From positions 71,499 through 135,498 of the forward strand of contig CAVSGP010000014.1 of NCBI GenBank assembly GCA_963727505.1: a stretch of 64,000 nucleotides of DNA, given 5' to 3'. The DNA is from an uncultured Trueperaceae bacterium (GTDB lineage: Bacteria; Deinococcota; Deinococci; Deinococcales; Trueperaceae). Positions within the stretch are counted from its first letter, which is position 1. Each line of letters starts with the position of its first letter. This document shows positions 27,396 to 37,704 of the stretch, piece after piece. The position numbers were made by a program, and so were the translations under genes. The notes beneath the pieces are model-generated. The model did not search any database and was not told the DNA's origin. It saw only the letters and a list, made by a program, of their open reading frames with translations.

Positions 27396-30300
27396 GTGGC
27401 ACGGCGCGGCAAAGGCAAACGCACCAAGAAGCGCGTCCAGCTCGATCTGGAAGCCATCGGCCTGGTCCTCCTCGCCGGCGGCATCTTCGTGCTGGGCGTG
27501 GTCCTCCCCGGGCTCCCCACGGGCCAGGTGGGGCGCAGCGTCGGTGGCGCGCTGACCGACCGCTTCGGTTGGGGCGCCTACGCCCTGCCGGTGCCGCTGC
27601 TGGCGCTGGGCGGGTTGTTCCTGTTGCGTCGCAGCCCGCGCTGGTGGCCGCGCCTCCTGGCCGGCTACCTGCTCTTCGCTGCGGGCGCCTGGGGCGTGGT
27701 GGTGGCGGTGGCGGCTGCCCACACCGGCCGCTACGGGCTGGCGCTGCGTGCGTCCCTGACCGGTGCCTGGGGCGCTCTGGCGGTGGCGCCGGCGCTCTTC
27801 GTTGCATCCGTCGGCCTCGACCTGGTCCTGGGTCGCGTGCCCACCTACCTCACGCGGTCGCTGCTGCTGGCGGTCGTGAAGGCCGTGCGCGGGTTCGGGA
27901 AGGGGCTGTGGCGGGCGCGCCGCACCGCCAAGGAGCGCGCCGCCTTCCGTGCCGATGTGGCGCTGGTGCGCAAGGCGCTGCAGGAGCTCGACCGGGACCT
28001 GCACGCCCTCAGCAGCCTGTATCCCGGTAGCGCCGAGCTGGACCGTTGGAGGAAGGAGGTCCAGGCCTCGAGTCGCCGTCTCGCGGGCCGCCCCGAGCCG
28101 GATCACCTCAGCGACGCTCGCGCCGATCTGAAGGCCTGGCAGAGTGCGGTGCGCGACTTCGCGCGCGACCGGGCGTCCGAGATGGTCGTACTGCTCAAAT
28201 CCGAAGGAGCGCGGCCGCCGCACGATGCCGGGGCCGAGCGTGCGACCACCTTCGACAACTGGGCGCGGGTCCTGAAGGCGTCGCTCGATGACCCGGTACC
28301 GGGCTCGGCGGCGTCCGCCCGGGCGCTCGATGGTCTGCGCAAGACGCTGGCGCTCGATCTGACCGGGCTCACCGAGCGCCACCGGCGCGTGACCCGCGAG
28401 CGCGATCTCGATCAGCGTGCCCTGAAGGGCATGAGCCCGCGCCAGCTCGCGCGCGCCTCGGCCGACCATGGCCGGCGCCTGCAGGACTACGCACGTGTCG
28501 AAGCGGACGCCGAGCGTCTGGCGGCGGATGCGGCCTGGCTCGAGCCGTGGCGCGGCCTGCTCGAGGAGCTCGAAGAGGTGCGTGCAACCTACCCCGACGT
28601 GGATGAGGTCGGCGAGTTCGACGGCACTCTGGCCCGTGATCTCGATCACCAGGGTGTCGAGGCGCTGGCGAAGCTCCCGAGCTGGCAGAGCGCGCTCGAT
28701 GCGGTCGCCGAGCGCGCCGAGACGGCGGCCCTGGAGGCGGTTCCCGTCGGGGTGGCGACGGAGGTCGACGCGAGCGCGTCGGCCGAGGCAGGCGCTGTGT
28801 CGACGGGGACGGGGCCCGACGACCTGCCGCCGTGGTTCACCGCCGACGGTGACGACCCCTTCCTGGCGGACGAGGCGCTGGGCGCCCCGTCCGCGGGCGA
28901 GCACGATCCCGAGCTGGAGGCGGCCCTCCTCGACGACGGCGTCGAGGCCGGGAAGGGGGAGGCGTCCGCAAGGGAGACCGCCGCGTCGGATGCCGAGGCG
29001 GACGACCTGCCCGAATTCGGGGGTATCCCCATCCAGGTGCCGCCGTTGACGCTGCTGGACGAGCCCGAGGCTGCGGTGGAGGACCGCGGCGAGCTGGTGC
29101 GCGAGCACCGCGAGCGGGTGAAGAAGATCGACGAGACGCTCTCCAGCTTCAAGTTGGAGGGGCGGGTGGTGGCGGCGGTGCGCGGGCCGACGGTGACGCG
29201 TTTCGAGGTGGAGCCGGCGCCGGGTGAGAAGATCGCCAGGTTCGCCAACCTGTCCGACGATCTGGCGTTGGCCATGGCGGTGGGGAGCGTGCGCATCGAG
29301 GCGCCGATCCCCGGCAAGAGCGTGATCGGGTTGGAGGTACCCAACGCCAACCGCGAGCTGGTGAGGTTCCGCGAGGCGGCGGAGGCGGCGAGCTTCCGGC
29401 GCGCCAAGGCTCGATTGCCGATCATCCTGGGCAAGTCGATCGACGGTGAGATGGTGGTGGGGGACCTCGCCAAGATGCCGCACCTGCTGATTGCCGGCTC
29501 GACCGGCTCAGGCAAGTCGGTGGCGGTGAACACGCTGATCGGCAGCCTGCTCTACCGCTTCCTGCCGACCGAGCTGCGGCTGCTGATGATCGACCCCAAG
29601 ATGGTGGAGCTGACGCCTTTCGACGGCGTCCCGCACCTGCTGCGCAACGTGGTGACCAATCCCACCGACGCCGCCGGGGTGCTGCTGGGGGCGGTGTCGC
29701 ACATGGAGCGACGCTACAAGATGATGTCGAAGGTGGGCGCGAAGAATCTGGATCAGTACAACGAGAAGGCGCGCAACCTGGATCTGCCGGAGCTGCCCTT
29801 CATCGTGATCGTGATCGACGAGCTGGCCGACCTGATGATCACCAGCCCCAAGGAGGTGGAGTCGGCCATCATGCGCCTGGCGCAGATGGCGCGCGCCACC
29901 GGCATGCACCTGATCCTCGCCACGCAGCGACCCAGCGTGGACATCCTGACGAGCCTCATCAAGGTGAACGTGCCGGCGCGCATGGCGTTCGCGGTGTCGA
30001 GCAGCCACGATTCGCGCACCATCCTGGACAGCATGGGCGCGGAGCGGCTCATCGGGCTGGGCGACATGCTGTTCTACCAGCCGGGGCTGGTGAAGGCGGT
30101 GCGTCTTCAGGGGCCGTTCGTCAGCGAGCGGGAGGTGGGGAGCATGAGCGACTTCCTGCGGCGCGAGTACTTCGACGACGACTTCGTGGAGGCCTACGGC
30201 GCGGACTTCGACCCGCCCTCCAGCTTCGAGTCGGACGCCAGCGGCCTGATCGACTGGAACGACGACAAGCTGCGCGTGGCCGCCGAGCTGGTGATCAACG

Positions 30301-30473
30301 AGGGGCAGGCCAGCGTGTCGCGGTTGCAGCGGCGCCTGCAGGTCGGGCACGCGCGCGCCGGCAAGTTGATGGACTCGCTGGAGGCGCTGGGCGTGGTCGG
30401 CCCTCACCAGGGCAGCAAGCCGCGCGAGGTCCTCATCGCCTTCGAAGAACTGCCGAACGTGTTCGGGAAGTAG
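27396..30473 (+). CDS. ftsK: DNA translocase FtsK
   Basis: N-terminal TMs, [28 protein letters not shown], gamma domain [17 protein letters not shown]; start GTG 27396. Confidence 0.93.
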   Translation: MARRGKGKRTKKRVQLDLEAIGLVLLAGGIFVLGVVLPGLPTGQVGRSVGGALTDRFGWGAYALPVPLLALGGLFLLRRSPRWWPRLLAGYLLFAAGAWGVVVAVAAAHTGRYGLALRASLTGAWGALAVAPALFVASVGLDLVLGRVPTYLTRSLLLAVVKAVRGFGKGLWRARRTAKERAAFRADVALVRKALQELDRDLHALSSLYPGSAELDRWRKEVQASSRRLAGRPEPDHLSDARADLKAWQSAVRDFARDRASEMVVLLKSEGARPPHDAGAERATTFDNWARVLKASLDDPVPGSAASARALDGLRKTLALDLTGLTERHRRVTRERDLDQRALKGMSPRQLARASADHGRRLQDYARVEADAERLAADAAWLEPWRGLLEELEEVRATYPDVDEVGEFDGTLARDLDHQGVEALAKLPSWQSALDAVAERAETAALEAVPVGVATEVDASASAEAGAVSTGTGPDDLPPWFTADGDDPFLADEALGAPSAGEHDPELEAALLDDGVEAGKGEASARETAASDAEADDLPEFGGIPIQVPPLTLLDEPEAAVEDRGELVREHRERVKKIDETLSSFKLEGRVVAAVRGPTVTRFEVEPAPGEKIARFANLSDDLALAMAVGSVRIEAPIPGKSVIGLEVPNANRELVRFREAAEAASFRRAKARLPIILGKSIDGEMVVGDLAKMPHLLIAGSTGSGKSVAVNTLIGSLLYRFLPTELRLLMIDPKMVELTPFDGVPHLLRNVVTNPTDAAGVLLGAVSHMERRYKMMSKVGAKNLDQYNEKARNLDLPELPFIVIVIDELADLMITSPKEVESAIMRLAQMARATGMHLILATQRPSVDILTSLIKVNVPARMAFAVSSSHDSRTILDSMGAERLIGLGDMLFYQPGLVKAVRLQGPFVSEREVGSMSDFLRREYFDDDFVEAYGADFDPPSSFESDASGLIDWNDDKLRVAAELVINEGQASVSRLQRRLQVGHARAGKLMDSLEALGVVGPHQGSKPREVLIAFEELPNVFGK

Positions 30474-30638
30474 CGACTCGAGGTCGGGGCCGACAGGCGG
30501 GCCCTTCGGCAACGCGCTGACGGGGGCCACCGAAGGAACGTCCCAGCGCGGAACGGTCCGGCCATCCCAGGCGCGTCGCGGCCCGAGAGCCGTCGCCGGC
30601 CGGTCCGTCCCGGCGGAGCGCGCGTTCGTTGACGGGCC

Positions 30639-31805
30639 TCAGGGGTCGCCGGGCGATGGGACGGGGCCTTGGTCAGCGGTGGCGAGAGCCTCCCGGATGT
30701 GGGTGCCTAGCCGTTGTCCCACGGCGTCCCAGTTGTAGCGCTCACGTGCGAGCACCCGCCCCCGAGCGCCCATCGCGCGGCACGTCTCCGGCTCGCCGAG
30801 CAGCGTGATCAGCCGCTGCGCCAGCGCCGCCGCGTCCCAGGGGTCGACGAGGAAGCCGTTGACGCCGTTCTCCACCATGTCCGGCAGGGCACCGACGTTG
30901 GTGGCAACCACCGGCAACCCGTGGGTCATGGCCTCCACGAAGACGATGCCGAACGGTTCGCGTTGCGTCGGCATGCAGAAGACCGTGGCGCGCTCGTAGA
31001 GTGCGGAGACCTGGTCGACCGGAACTTCCCCGAGAACCTCCACGTTGGGCTCCGGCTGGGTCGGGCCGGTTCCGACGATCATCAGGCGGGCATCGGGATG
31101 GACCGCACGGACCTGTCGAAACGCCTCCAGCAACATCGGCCCCCCTTTTCGCTGCCAGTCGAGCCCCACGAACAGGATGCGCTTGGCCTCGTAGCGCCCC
31201 TCAACGTCCTGAGCGCTACGCGGTGCGCCGGCGTTGCTGCCCGCATAGACGCAACGGATGCGTTCCGGTCGGACGCCGTAGTGCTCTACCAACGAGCGCT
31301 GTACGTGCGAGCTTCGGACGAAGAGCATGGTGGCGTTGCTGTAGATGGTCTCCTCGAGCCGGCGCCACGATTCGGGGTAGAGGGCGTTGTCGTTCGCCCC
31401 CTGGTACATCAGGTTGGCCAGGTTGGTGTGGTCGGTGTAGACGAAGTGAGGAAGGCCGGGAGCGCTGGCGTCGAAGAGCGACTGCATCTGGAAGCTGAAG
31501 CGATAGGGTCGGGCGACGAGCTGCTGCTGGACGAGTCGCCGTACCTGTTCAAAGACGAACGTCGTGTGGAAGAACGAGCCGCGGAGCTGGCGGCGCCCGC
31601 GTGCGATCTCGGGCCCGTAGGCCAGAAGCGTCTCGAATGCGTTTCGCAGAAAGAGAAGGGGATGCGCTTGAAGCAGTTCTCGGACGTTGAGAACGTCCAC
31701 CTCGTACTCGGGGAAGTGCTTTCGAAGCTGCTCGGCCACCGACAGGTTCGAGAGGGGGAAGGGCTCGATCTGCACGAAGGCGATACGGTCGCGCTCGGGG
31801 CTCAT
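30639..31805 (-). CDS. Glycosyltransferase family 4
   Basis: ILFVG...KG, EPFGIVFVEAMTHGLPVVAT, ENGVNGFLV. Confidence 0.9.
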   Translation of the reverse strand: MSPERDRIAFVQIEPFPLSNLSVAEQLRKHFPEYEVDVLNVRELLQAHPLLFLRNAFETLLAYGPEIARGRRQLRGSFFHTTFVFEQVRRLVQQQLVARPYRFSFQMQSLFDASAPGLPHFVYTDHTNLANLMYQGANDNALYPESWRRLEETIYSNATMLFVRSSHVQRSLVEHYGVRPERIRCVYAGSNAGAPRSAQDVEGRYEAKRILFVGLDWQRKGGPMLLEAFRQVRAVHPDARLMIVGTGPTQPEPNVEVLGEVPVDQVSALYERATVFCMPTQREPFGIVFVEAMTHGLPVVATNVGALPDMVENGVNGFLVDPWDAAALAQRLITLLGEPETCRAMGARGRVLARERYNWDAVGQRLGTHIREALATADQGPVPSPGDP

Positions 31806-32187
31806 GCGGCGGCGGTCGACCGTCGGGTCCTGGGGCCCCCGGGCGGACCCACCACCACTACACGCCTGGGATCCAGCCGGTCGCCACGAAGCCACTCTCT
31901 TCGCATCTCCACGATTATTGCAGGATTCCGTTCTGGCAGGCTGTGCGGCCTATCGGCCCTCGGCGAGCACCGGCGCTGCATCCCGATCACGCGGCGCAGC
32001 GAGGGCCGAACGTCACTGGCAGGCCCGTCCGCCTGGCGCTAGCCTCAGCGTACGCAAGCCGGACGGGCCTCGGGCACGGTGTGCGTTCACCCCCGTTCCA
32101 GCGGCAGAGATGGGTCGACGGGCTCGGACTGCGGGCCCTGGCCCGTGCGGTCGAGGCGTTGCCTCGAGCGTCAGGAGGAACGTGCAT

Positions 32188-32853
32188 ATGGAAGACACGG
32201 AGACCATGCGGCAACTTTCGATGCCGAGGTTGAACGAACCGGCGCCCGACTTCGAGGCGAACACCACGCACGGGAGGCGGACGCTGGCCGATTACGCAGG
32301 CAAGTGGCTGGTGCTGTTCTCGCACCCGGCCGACTTCACGCCGGTGTGCACCACGGAGTTCCTTGGCTTCGCGCGGGCGTACCCGGAGTTCCAGGCCGTA
32401 GGGGCGGAGCTGCTCGGCCTGTCGATCGATAGCATCTACTCGCATCTGGCGTGGGTGCGCAACATCAAGCAGAACTTCGATGTCGACATCCCCTTCCCGA
32501 TCATCGACGATCTGTCGATGACGGTGGCCAACGCCTACGGGATGGTCCAGCCCGGCGCAAGCAGCACGTCCGCGGTGCGGGCGGTGTTCGTCATCGATCC
32601 GCAGGGCGTGCTGCGGGCGATGATCTACTACCCGTTGAGCAACGGGCGCTCGATCCCCGAGGTCCTGCGGCTGGTCACGGCGTTGCAGGCGACCGACGCC
32701 TTCGGGATCGCGACGCCGGAGGGTTGGAGGCCCGGTGACAAGGTGATGGTCCCGCCCCCAACGACCCAGGACGGCGCCCGGGCGCGACTCGAAGAGGGCT
32801 TCGAGTGCGCCGACTGGTACTTCTGCAAGCGGGAGCTGCCGACCACGAGTTGA
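32188..32853 (+). CDS. Peroxiredoxin (Prx6-type)
   Basis: FSHPADFTPVCTTE, GRSIPE, TPEGW, C-terminal CADWYFC; RBS AGGAGG. Confidence 0.92.
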   Translation: MEDTETMRQLSMPRLNEPAPDFEANTTHGRRTLADYAGKWLVLFSHPADFTPVCTTEFLGFARAYPEFQAVGAELLGLSIDSIYSHLAWVRNIKQNFDVDIPFPIIDDLSMTVANAYGMVQPGASSTSAVRAVFVIDPQGVLRAMIYYPLSNGRSIPEVLRLVTALQATDAFGIATPEGWRPGDKVMVPPPTTQDGARARLEEGFECADWYFCKRELPTTS

Positions 32854-32910
32854 CCGGCGGGTCGTGGGCCGCTTCGGGTGCCGCAGCTCGGCGCTGCCGA
32901 ACGGTCCCAG

Positions 32911-32950
32911 GTGAAGGCCCCGCCCGGGACGTCCCGGGCGGGGCCTTCAC
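32911..32950. terminator. Perfect 40-bp palindrome, probable bidirectional terminator
   Basis: gtgaaggccccgcccgggac|gtcccgggcggggccttcac. Confidence 0.8.
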
Positions 32951-33003
32951 GCGTTCAGCGGAGGCGCGGGCGGCAGAGCCGCCGCCTCAGCGGCCGGCCG
33001 CGC

Positions 33004-33177
33004 TCAGCGCGAGCGCCGGAACAGCGTCCGGAGCGTGAGCGCCGGACGGTGCGTCGCGATGCGGGGGGCCTCGGGTCGGCGGTCGTGACCGTCGTCGAAG
33101 GCCGGACGCGGCGCGGTGGCGCCGATGTGGAGGTGGTGTTGGAGGGACAGGGTGCGGAGCGCGCGCTCGTGGTTCAT
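33004..33177 (-). CDS. Unannotated 57-aa small basic protein
   Basis: MNHERALRTLSLQHHLHIGATAPRPAFDDGHDRRPEAPRIATHRPALTLRTLFRRSR; AAGGA RBS, own promoter and terminator. Confidence 0.5.
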   Translation of the reverse strand: MNHERALRTLSLQHHLHIGATAPRPAFDDGHDRRPEAPRIATHRPALTLRTLFRRSR

Positions 33178-33250
33178 CGCGGGATCCTTAGACGAGAACT
33201 AGCCCCCCTGGAGGGGCAGTGGGCGCCCGGAAGACCGGACACCGGAAGGG

Positions 33251-33280
33251 AGTGTACTCCACCGGGGCGGCGCTTGTGAA
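33251..33280 (-). promoter_or_regulatory. sigmaA-type promoter TTCACA-18-TACACT
   Basis: -35 at 33275-33280, -10 at 33251-33256 on minus strand. Confidence 0.65.
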
Positions 33281-33366
33281 GAGGCGCACGTCATCGGGGC
33301 TGCTCGCGCCAGGGACGAGGCTCCAGGGGGAGTCACGGCTGGCGTTCCGGGGAAGGTCTGGTGAAC

Positions 33367-34290
33367 CTACAGGGTCTCCACGACCACCTTGGGGAGCAGC
33401 GCCTCGACCTCGCCACGTTCGCAGAGTTCGGTGCCTGGCGACATGGCCGTCGCAGTGCCGCACGCCACGCCGAGGCGCAGCACGGTCTCCCAGGGGTCGC
33501 CATCGACCGCGGCGACCAGCGCGCCGGCCAGCATGGCGTCCCCCGCGCCCACTGCCGAGTCGACCGTGACTCGGGGGGCGTATGCGTGCAACGCGCACTC
33601 GTCCGTGACCAGCACCGCGCCCTGGGACCCGAGGCTGGTGAGGACGGCGGTGACGCCCTGGCGCACCAGTGGCCTGGAGGCGGCGATGGCGTCCTCGCGC
33701 GTTCCCACCTGCTTGCCGGTCAGGCGCTCGAGCTCGTAACGGTTCGGTTTGATCAGGTAGGCGCCGATCTCGACCGCGGCTTGGAGCTCGTCACCGTCTG
33801 CGTCGAAGGCTACGTGGATGCCGTCGGCCATGGCACGCGTTGCGATCGCCGTGTAGAAGTCGCGGGGGACGCCGGGCAGAAGGCTTCCACAGAGCGCGAG
33901 CACGTCGGGCGAGCGTAGATCGAAGAGGCTCTCGACGAGCTGCTCCACGTCCTCGGGCGAGACGGTCGTCCCCGGGCCGGACACGCGGATCTGGTGGCTG
34001 TTCGCGTCCTGCACGATGGCGTTGGTACGAGTGGCGCCGGCGATGTGCGTGAACCAGGTGCGCACGGCTTCGGCCTCCAGGCGCTCGCGCAGCTCCTCGC
34101 CGGCACGCCCCCCCAGGAAGCCCATGGCCACGGTGGGGTGATCGAGGCGCGCGACGACCCGGCTGACGTTGATCCCCTTGCCCCCGGGCGACCGGAGGAC
34201 CTCGTCCGCCCGGACGGTGTCGTCGAACACGATCTCCGATACCCGGTAGGTGAGGTCCAACGCGGGATTCACCGTCACCGTGTGGATCAC
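33367..34290 (-). CDS. 1-phosphofructokinase family (PfkB) hexose kinase
   Basis: TVTVNPALD, GGKGINVS, IKPN, VGAGD; start GTG 34290. Confidence 0.9.
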   Translation of the reverse strand: MIHTVTVNPALDLTYRVSEIVFDDTVRADEVLRSPGGKGINVSRVVARLDHPTVAMGFLGGRAGEELRERLEAEAVRTWFTHIAGATRTNAIVQDANSHQIRVSGPGTTVSPEDVEQLVESLFDLRSPDVLALCGSLLPGVPRDFYTAIATRAMADGIHVAFDADGDELQAAVEIGAYLIKPNRYELERLTGKQVGTREDAIAASRPLVRQGVTAVLTSLGSQGAVLVTDECALHAYAPRVTVDSAVGAGDAMLAGALVAAVDGDPWETVLRLGVACGTATAMSPGTELCERGEVEALLPKVVVETL

Positions 34291-34368
34291 GAATCGAGCA
34301 TAGCAGCGCCCCCACGCCATTCCCAGGGACGTTCGCCCGCGCGCGCGAGCGCCCGCTGCCGTCCGGTG

Positions 34369-35259
34369 TCAGCCCGAACGCAGCACCCGGATTCCGGGGG
34401 CGCGCGAGAGGAGCTGCTCGCCGCCCGCTGCCGTCCGCCATCCCAGGGCCATGGAGGCGCTGTTGAAGGCGTGCGCGAAGCGGCCGTCGGAGGTGACGAC
34501 GATGAGCCCGCCGTCGCCGCCGAAGCGGGTGAGGGCGTCGAGCTCCTCGTGCAGGGCGTGCTCGAGATCGACCCCCGCCGCGATCCGGTCCGCGAGCGAC
34601 TTCGCCGTCACGGCGCGGATGAACGCCTCTCCCTTGCCTGTGCAGGACACGGCCACGGCCTCGTTGGCGTAGGTGCCGGTGCCGATGAGGGGGGTGTCGC
34701 CGATCCGGCCGGACCACTGCCCGAGGGTGCCACCCGTGCTCGTCACCGCCGCCAGGCGGCCCTGGTCGTCGAGGGCCACGGCGCCGACCGTCCCGCTGCC
34801 GGTCGGGGGCGCCTGGCGGGCACGCCATGATTCCCAGCGGCGGACGTTGCGGGTCGTGAGGAGCCGCTCGTTGGGGACCGGGTCGCGGACGAGGGCCTCG
34901 GCGCCGTGCGCAGCCAGCAACACGTGTGGCGTTTCCGTGCGTACGCGATCGGCCAGGCGCGCGGCGAACGGGGTGTTCCTGAGCACGGCGACGGCGCCGC
35001 AGCTGCCGTCGGACAGCATCACGGCGGCGTCCAGCTCGACCGTGCCCTCGCGCGTGGGCGCGCCACCGATCCCAGCGTTGAAGGCGTGCTCGTTCGCCTC
35101 CATGGCGGTGACGGCGTCCAGGGCGGCATCTAGGGCGGTACCGCCGCCCGCGAAGCGCGCGTGACCCGCCTCGCAGGCGGAGGAGAGGCCGGCGACGGTG
35201 TCGTTCTCGACGTCGGCGGCGATGGCGCCGGCGCCGCCGTGCAGCAGGAGGATGGCCAT
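34369..35259 (-). CDS. iaaA: Isoaspartyl peptidase / L-asparaginase (Ntn hydrolase)
   Basis: HGGAG, FNAG, GTVGAVALD, STGG, GRIGDTP, CTGKGE. Confidence 0.9.
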   Translation of the reverse strand: MAILLLHGGAGAIAADVENDTVAGLSSACEAGHARFAGGGTALDAALDAVTAMEANEHAFNAGIGGAPTREGTVELDAAVMLSDGSCGAVAVLRNTPFAARLADRVRTETPHVLLAAHGAEALVRDPVPNERLLTTRNVRRWESWRARQAPPTGSGTVGAVALDDQGRLAAVTSTGGTLGQWSGRIGDTPLIGTGTYANEAVAVSCTGKGEAFIRAVTAKSLADRIAAGVDLEHALHEELDALTRFGGDGGLIVVTSDGRFAHAFNSASMALGWRTAAGGEQLLSRAPGIRVLRSG

Positions 35260-35333
35260 GCGCTACCTTATAACCGCTCGTGTGGGTGTGTGGCTTCGGT
35301 GGTGGGGGGCCGGGCGACGGTAGACTGGAGGTC

Positions 35334-35825
35334 ATGCGGCTGCTGCTCTTCTACCTGGTGCTGGTCATCGCGCAAGGTTTCCTGGCAGCCCTGATGACCC
35401 CGATCCCGACCCCGGACCTCTTCATGATCGCCGTGCTAACGCTGCTCTGGCGGATCCAACCTTGGCAACTGGTGCTGCTGGCCTACGGCGTCGGCCTGCT
35501 GCAGGACGTCATGGGCGCCGGAGTGCTCGGGATCCACGCCTTCGCGCTGGCGGGCGCCGCGCTGGCCGCCAGCCTCGTTCGCGCGCAGCTCACGCAGTCC
35601 GGTCTGTTCGAGCGAACCCTGGTCATCCTCTCTGCAGAGGCCGGCAAGTGGCTCGTGCTGTCGCCGCTGCTGCTGTGGCTCTCGGGCTCCGCGGAGTCGC
35701 TGGTGCGGGTGGCGGCCGTGGCGTCGGTCGAGGCCGTCCTGACGGTGGGCGCGGGACTCCTGCTGCTGCCCTGGGGGGCCGCGCTCCTACAGCGGAGCAG
35801 GTTGTTGCGCAAGGAGCTGTTGTGA
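35334..35825 (+). CDS. mreD: Rod shape-determining protein MreD
   Basis: Hydrophobic 163 aa, PDL, GLLQDV..LG; upstream of PBP2. Confidence 0.8.
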   Translation: MRLLLFYLVLVIAQGFLAALMTPIPTPDLFMIAVLTLLWRIQPWQLVLLAYGVGLLQDVMGAGVLGIHAFALAGAALAASLVRAQLTQSGLFERTLVILSAEAGKWLVLSPLLLWLSGSAESLVRVAAVASVEAVLTVGAGLLLLPWGAALLQRSRLLRKELL

Positions 35826-35902
35826 TCCGCTACGCCTGGGCGCGGCGTGCGCGGCGTGCGCGGTTGCAGCGGAGCAGGTTGTTGCGCAAGGAGCTGTTGT
35901 GA
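35790..35902 (+). repeat. Perfect 36-bp direct repeat (35790-35825, 35867-35902) with 41-nt spacer
   Basis: cagcggagcaggttgttgcgcaaggagctgttgtga twice; spacer contains gcgcggcgt tandem units. Confidence 0.95.
35822..35902 (+). CDS. 26-aa Arg-rich mini-ORF MIRYAWARRARRARLQRSRLLRKELL
   Basis: Start overlaps the mreD stop, stop overlaps the mrdA start; AAGGAG RBS. Confidence 0.45.
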   Translation: MIRYAWARRARRARLQRSRLLRKELL

Positions 35903-37704
35903 ACGGGCGCAGCCGGCTGATCCTGGCTGTCATCCTCACGGTGCTGGTCATCTTCACCGCCCGGCTGATGTACCTGCAGCTCGCCATGGCCGAGGAGTTC
36001 ACCGCCCGCAGCGAGCAGAACGCCACCCAGCAGAAGCCCATCACACCGCTTCGGGGGCGCATCCTGGCCAGCGACGGGACCGTGCTGGCCGACGACCGCA
36101 TCGCCTACGATTTGATGTACCGCGGCGGGCCCGTCCCGCAGTGGACGCGCCTGCGGCGGCTCCTGGGCGTCACGGGGGACCCCAAGCAGCCCGATCCGAC
36201 CGACTCCCAGCAGGCCAAGAACGGCGTTGCGCTGGCCTGGAACATCCCCGACCGGTTGGTCCCCGCCATCGAGGAACGGGTGGCTGGCCACCCCAACCTG
36301 TACCTGCGGCAGCGCATCGAGCGCACCTATCCGACCAACCTGGCGGCCCAGACGGTGGGCTACACCACACAGGCCGACCCGAAGCGCTTTCCCGGGTATA
36401 CCGTCGACGATCTCGTCGGCGTGATGGGCATCGAGAGGAGCTACGAGAAGGCGCTGCACGGTACCGCCGGCGCCAGGCTGGTCGAGGTCGACAACGTCGG
36501 CAACGTCGTGCGCAACAATCTGCTCTGGCCCGCACGCCCCGGCGAGGACGTGACGCTGACGCTGGATCCCAAGGTGCAGCGCCTGGCGGAGGACACCCTC
36601 AAGTCGGCGCTCACGTACGTCAACAAGGATCGCGATCGCGTCGGTCTGCCGCACGCCAAGGAGGTCCACGGCGCCATCCTGGCGGTCGACCCTCGCAACG
36701 GCGACATCCTGGCCATGGCCAGCGCGCCCACGTTCGACGAGAACGTGTTCACGCACCTGCCCGTCGACGCCAAGGCGGTCAACGGTATCTTGCAGGACGC
36801 CACCAACCGGCCCCTCGAGAACCGCGCCATCCAGGCCTACCCACCGGCCTCGACGTTCAAGATCGTCACCGCCTACACCATGCTCGAGGACAACTTCATC
36901 ACCCCTTCCAGCAAGTACGACTGCGGGGCGGACATCCGTTACGGTGGCGTCACCTTCCACAACTGGGCGACCTACGACAAGGGCCCCTACACGATCGCTC
37001 AGGGCATCGCCGACAGTTGCAACACCTTCTTCTGGAACGCCGCGCTCACGACCCCGAACTTCGCGTCGGGATGGAACGGGTTCATGCAGGACGAGGTCGA
37101 CAACGCCCGCCGTCTCGGCTACGGCGCGCCGGTGGGCGTGGGGCTGCCCGGCGAGGAGTCGGGGCGCGTGCCGGACCTGCAGTGGGTGCACTCGCAGCCG
37201 CAGTACAAGCACGGCTGGTTGCCCGGCTTCACGCTCAATACCATCATCGGGCAGGGCGACACGCTGGCCACGCCGGTACAGCTCGCCCAGCTCATCAGCA
37301 CCGTGGCGATGCACGGGGCCGAGGCGAAGCCGCACCTGGTCGCCAAGGTCGGCGACGCGGCGGTGCCGCCCGACATCCACCAGGTCCCGGGCTCGTCCTG
37401 GGACAGCCTCATCCACGGTATGCGGCTGGCGTTCACCGACTTCCCGGAGAAGTGGTTCCTCGGCCCCACCGTGTTTCCCGACAACGTCAGTGTCGCGGGC
37501 AAGACGGGGACGGCCCAGACCACGCGCGGGGACAACTGGACGCACGCCTGGTTCATGGGGTTCAGTCCTGTCAAGGACCCGAAGATCGCCATCGTGGTAT
37601 TCCTCGAATACGGCGGCGCCAGCTCCTACGTATCGGTCCCTGTCGCGCGGGACTTCCTTGCGGGGTACTGGAAGCTGCACGGTGTGGAGGTGCACATCCC
37701 CTGA
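35899..37704 (+). CDS. mrdA: Class B penicillin-binding protein 2
   Basis: RGRILA, STFK, SCN, KTG motifs. Confidence 0.92.
   Translation: MNGRSRLILAVILTVLVIFTARLMYLQLAMAEEFTARSEQNATQQKPITPLRGRILASDGTVLADDRIAYDLMYRGGPVPQWTRLRRLLGVTGDPKQPDPTDSQQAKNGVALAWNIPDRLVPAIEERVAGHPNLYLRQRIERTYPTNLAAQTVGYTTQADPKRFPGYTVDDLVGVMGIERSYEKALHGTAGARLVEVDNVGNVVRNNLLWPARPGEDVTLTLDPKVQRLAEDTLKSALTYVNKDRDRVGLPHAKEVHGAILAVDPRNGDILAMASAPTFDENVFTHLPVDAKAVNGILQDATNRPLENRAIQAYPPASTFKIVTAYTMLEDNFITPSSKYDCGADIRYGGVTFHNWATYDKGPYTIAQGIADSCNTFFWNAALTTPNFASGWNGFMQDEVDNARRLGYGAPVGVGLPGEESGRVPDLQWVHSQPQYKHGWLPGFTLNTIIGQGDTLATPVQLAQLISTVAMHGAEAKPHLVAKVGDAAVPPDIHQVPGSSWDSLIHGMRLAFTDFPEKWFLGPTVFPDNVSVAGKTGTAQTTRGDNWTHAWFMGFSPVKDPKIAIVVFLEYGGASSYVSVPVARDFLAGYWKLHGVEVHIP

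Noticed and set aside
35790..35902. CRISPR-like geometry (36-bp repeats, 41-nt spacer)
   Set aside because: Only two copies, the repeat is the coding 3' end of mreD, it is non-palindromic, and there are no cas genes or leader.
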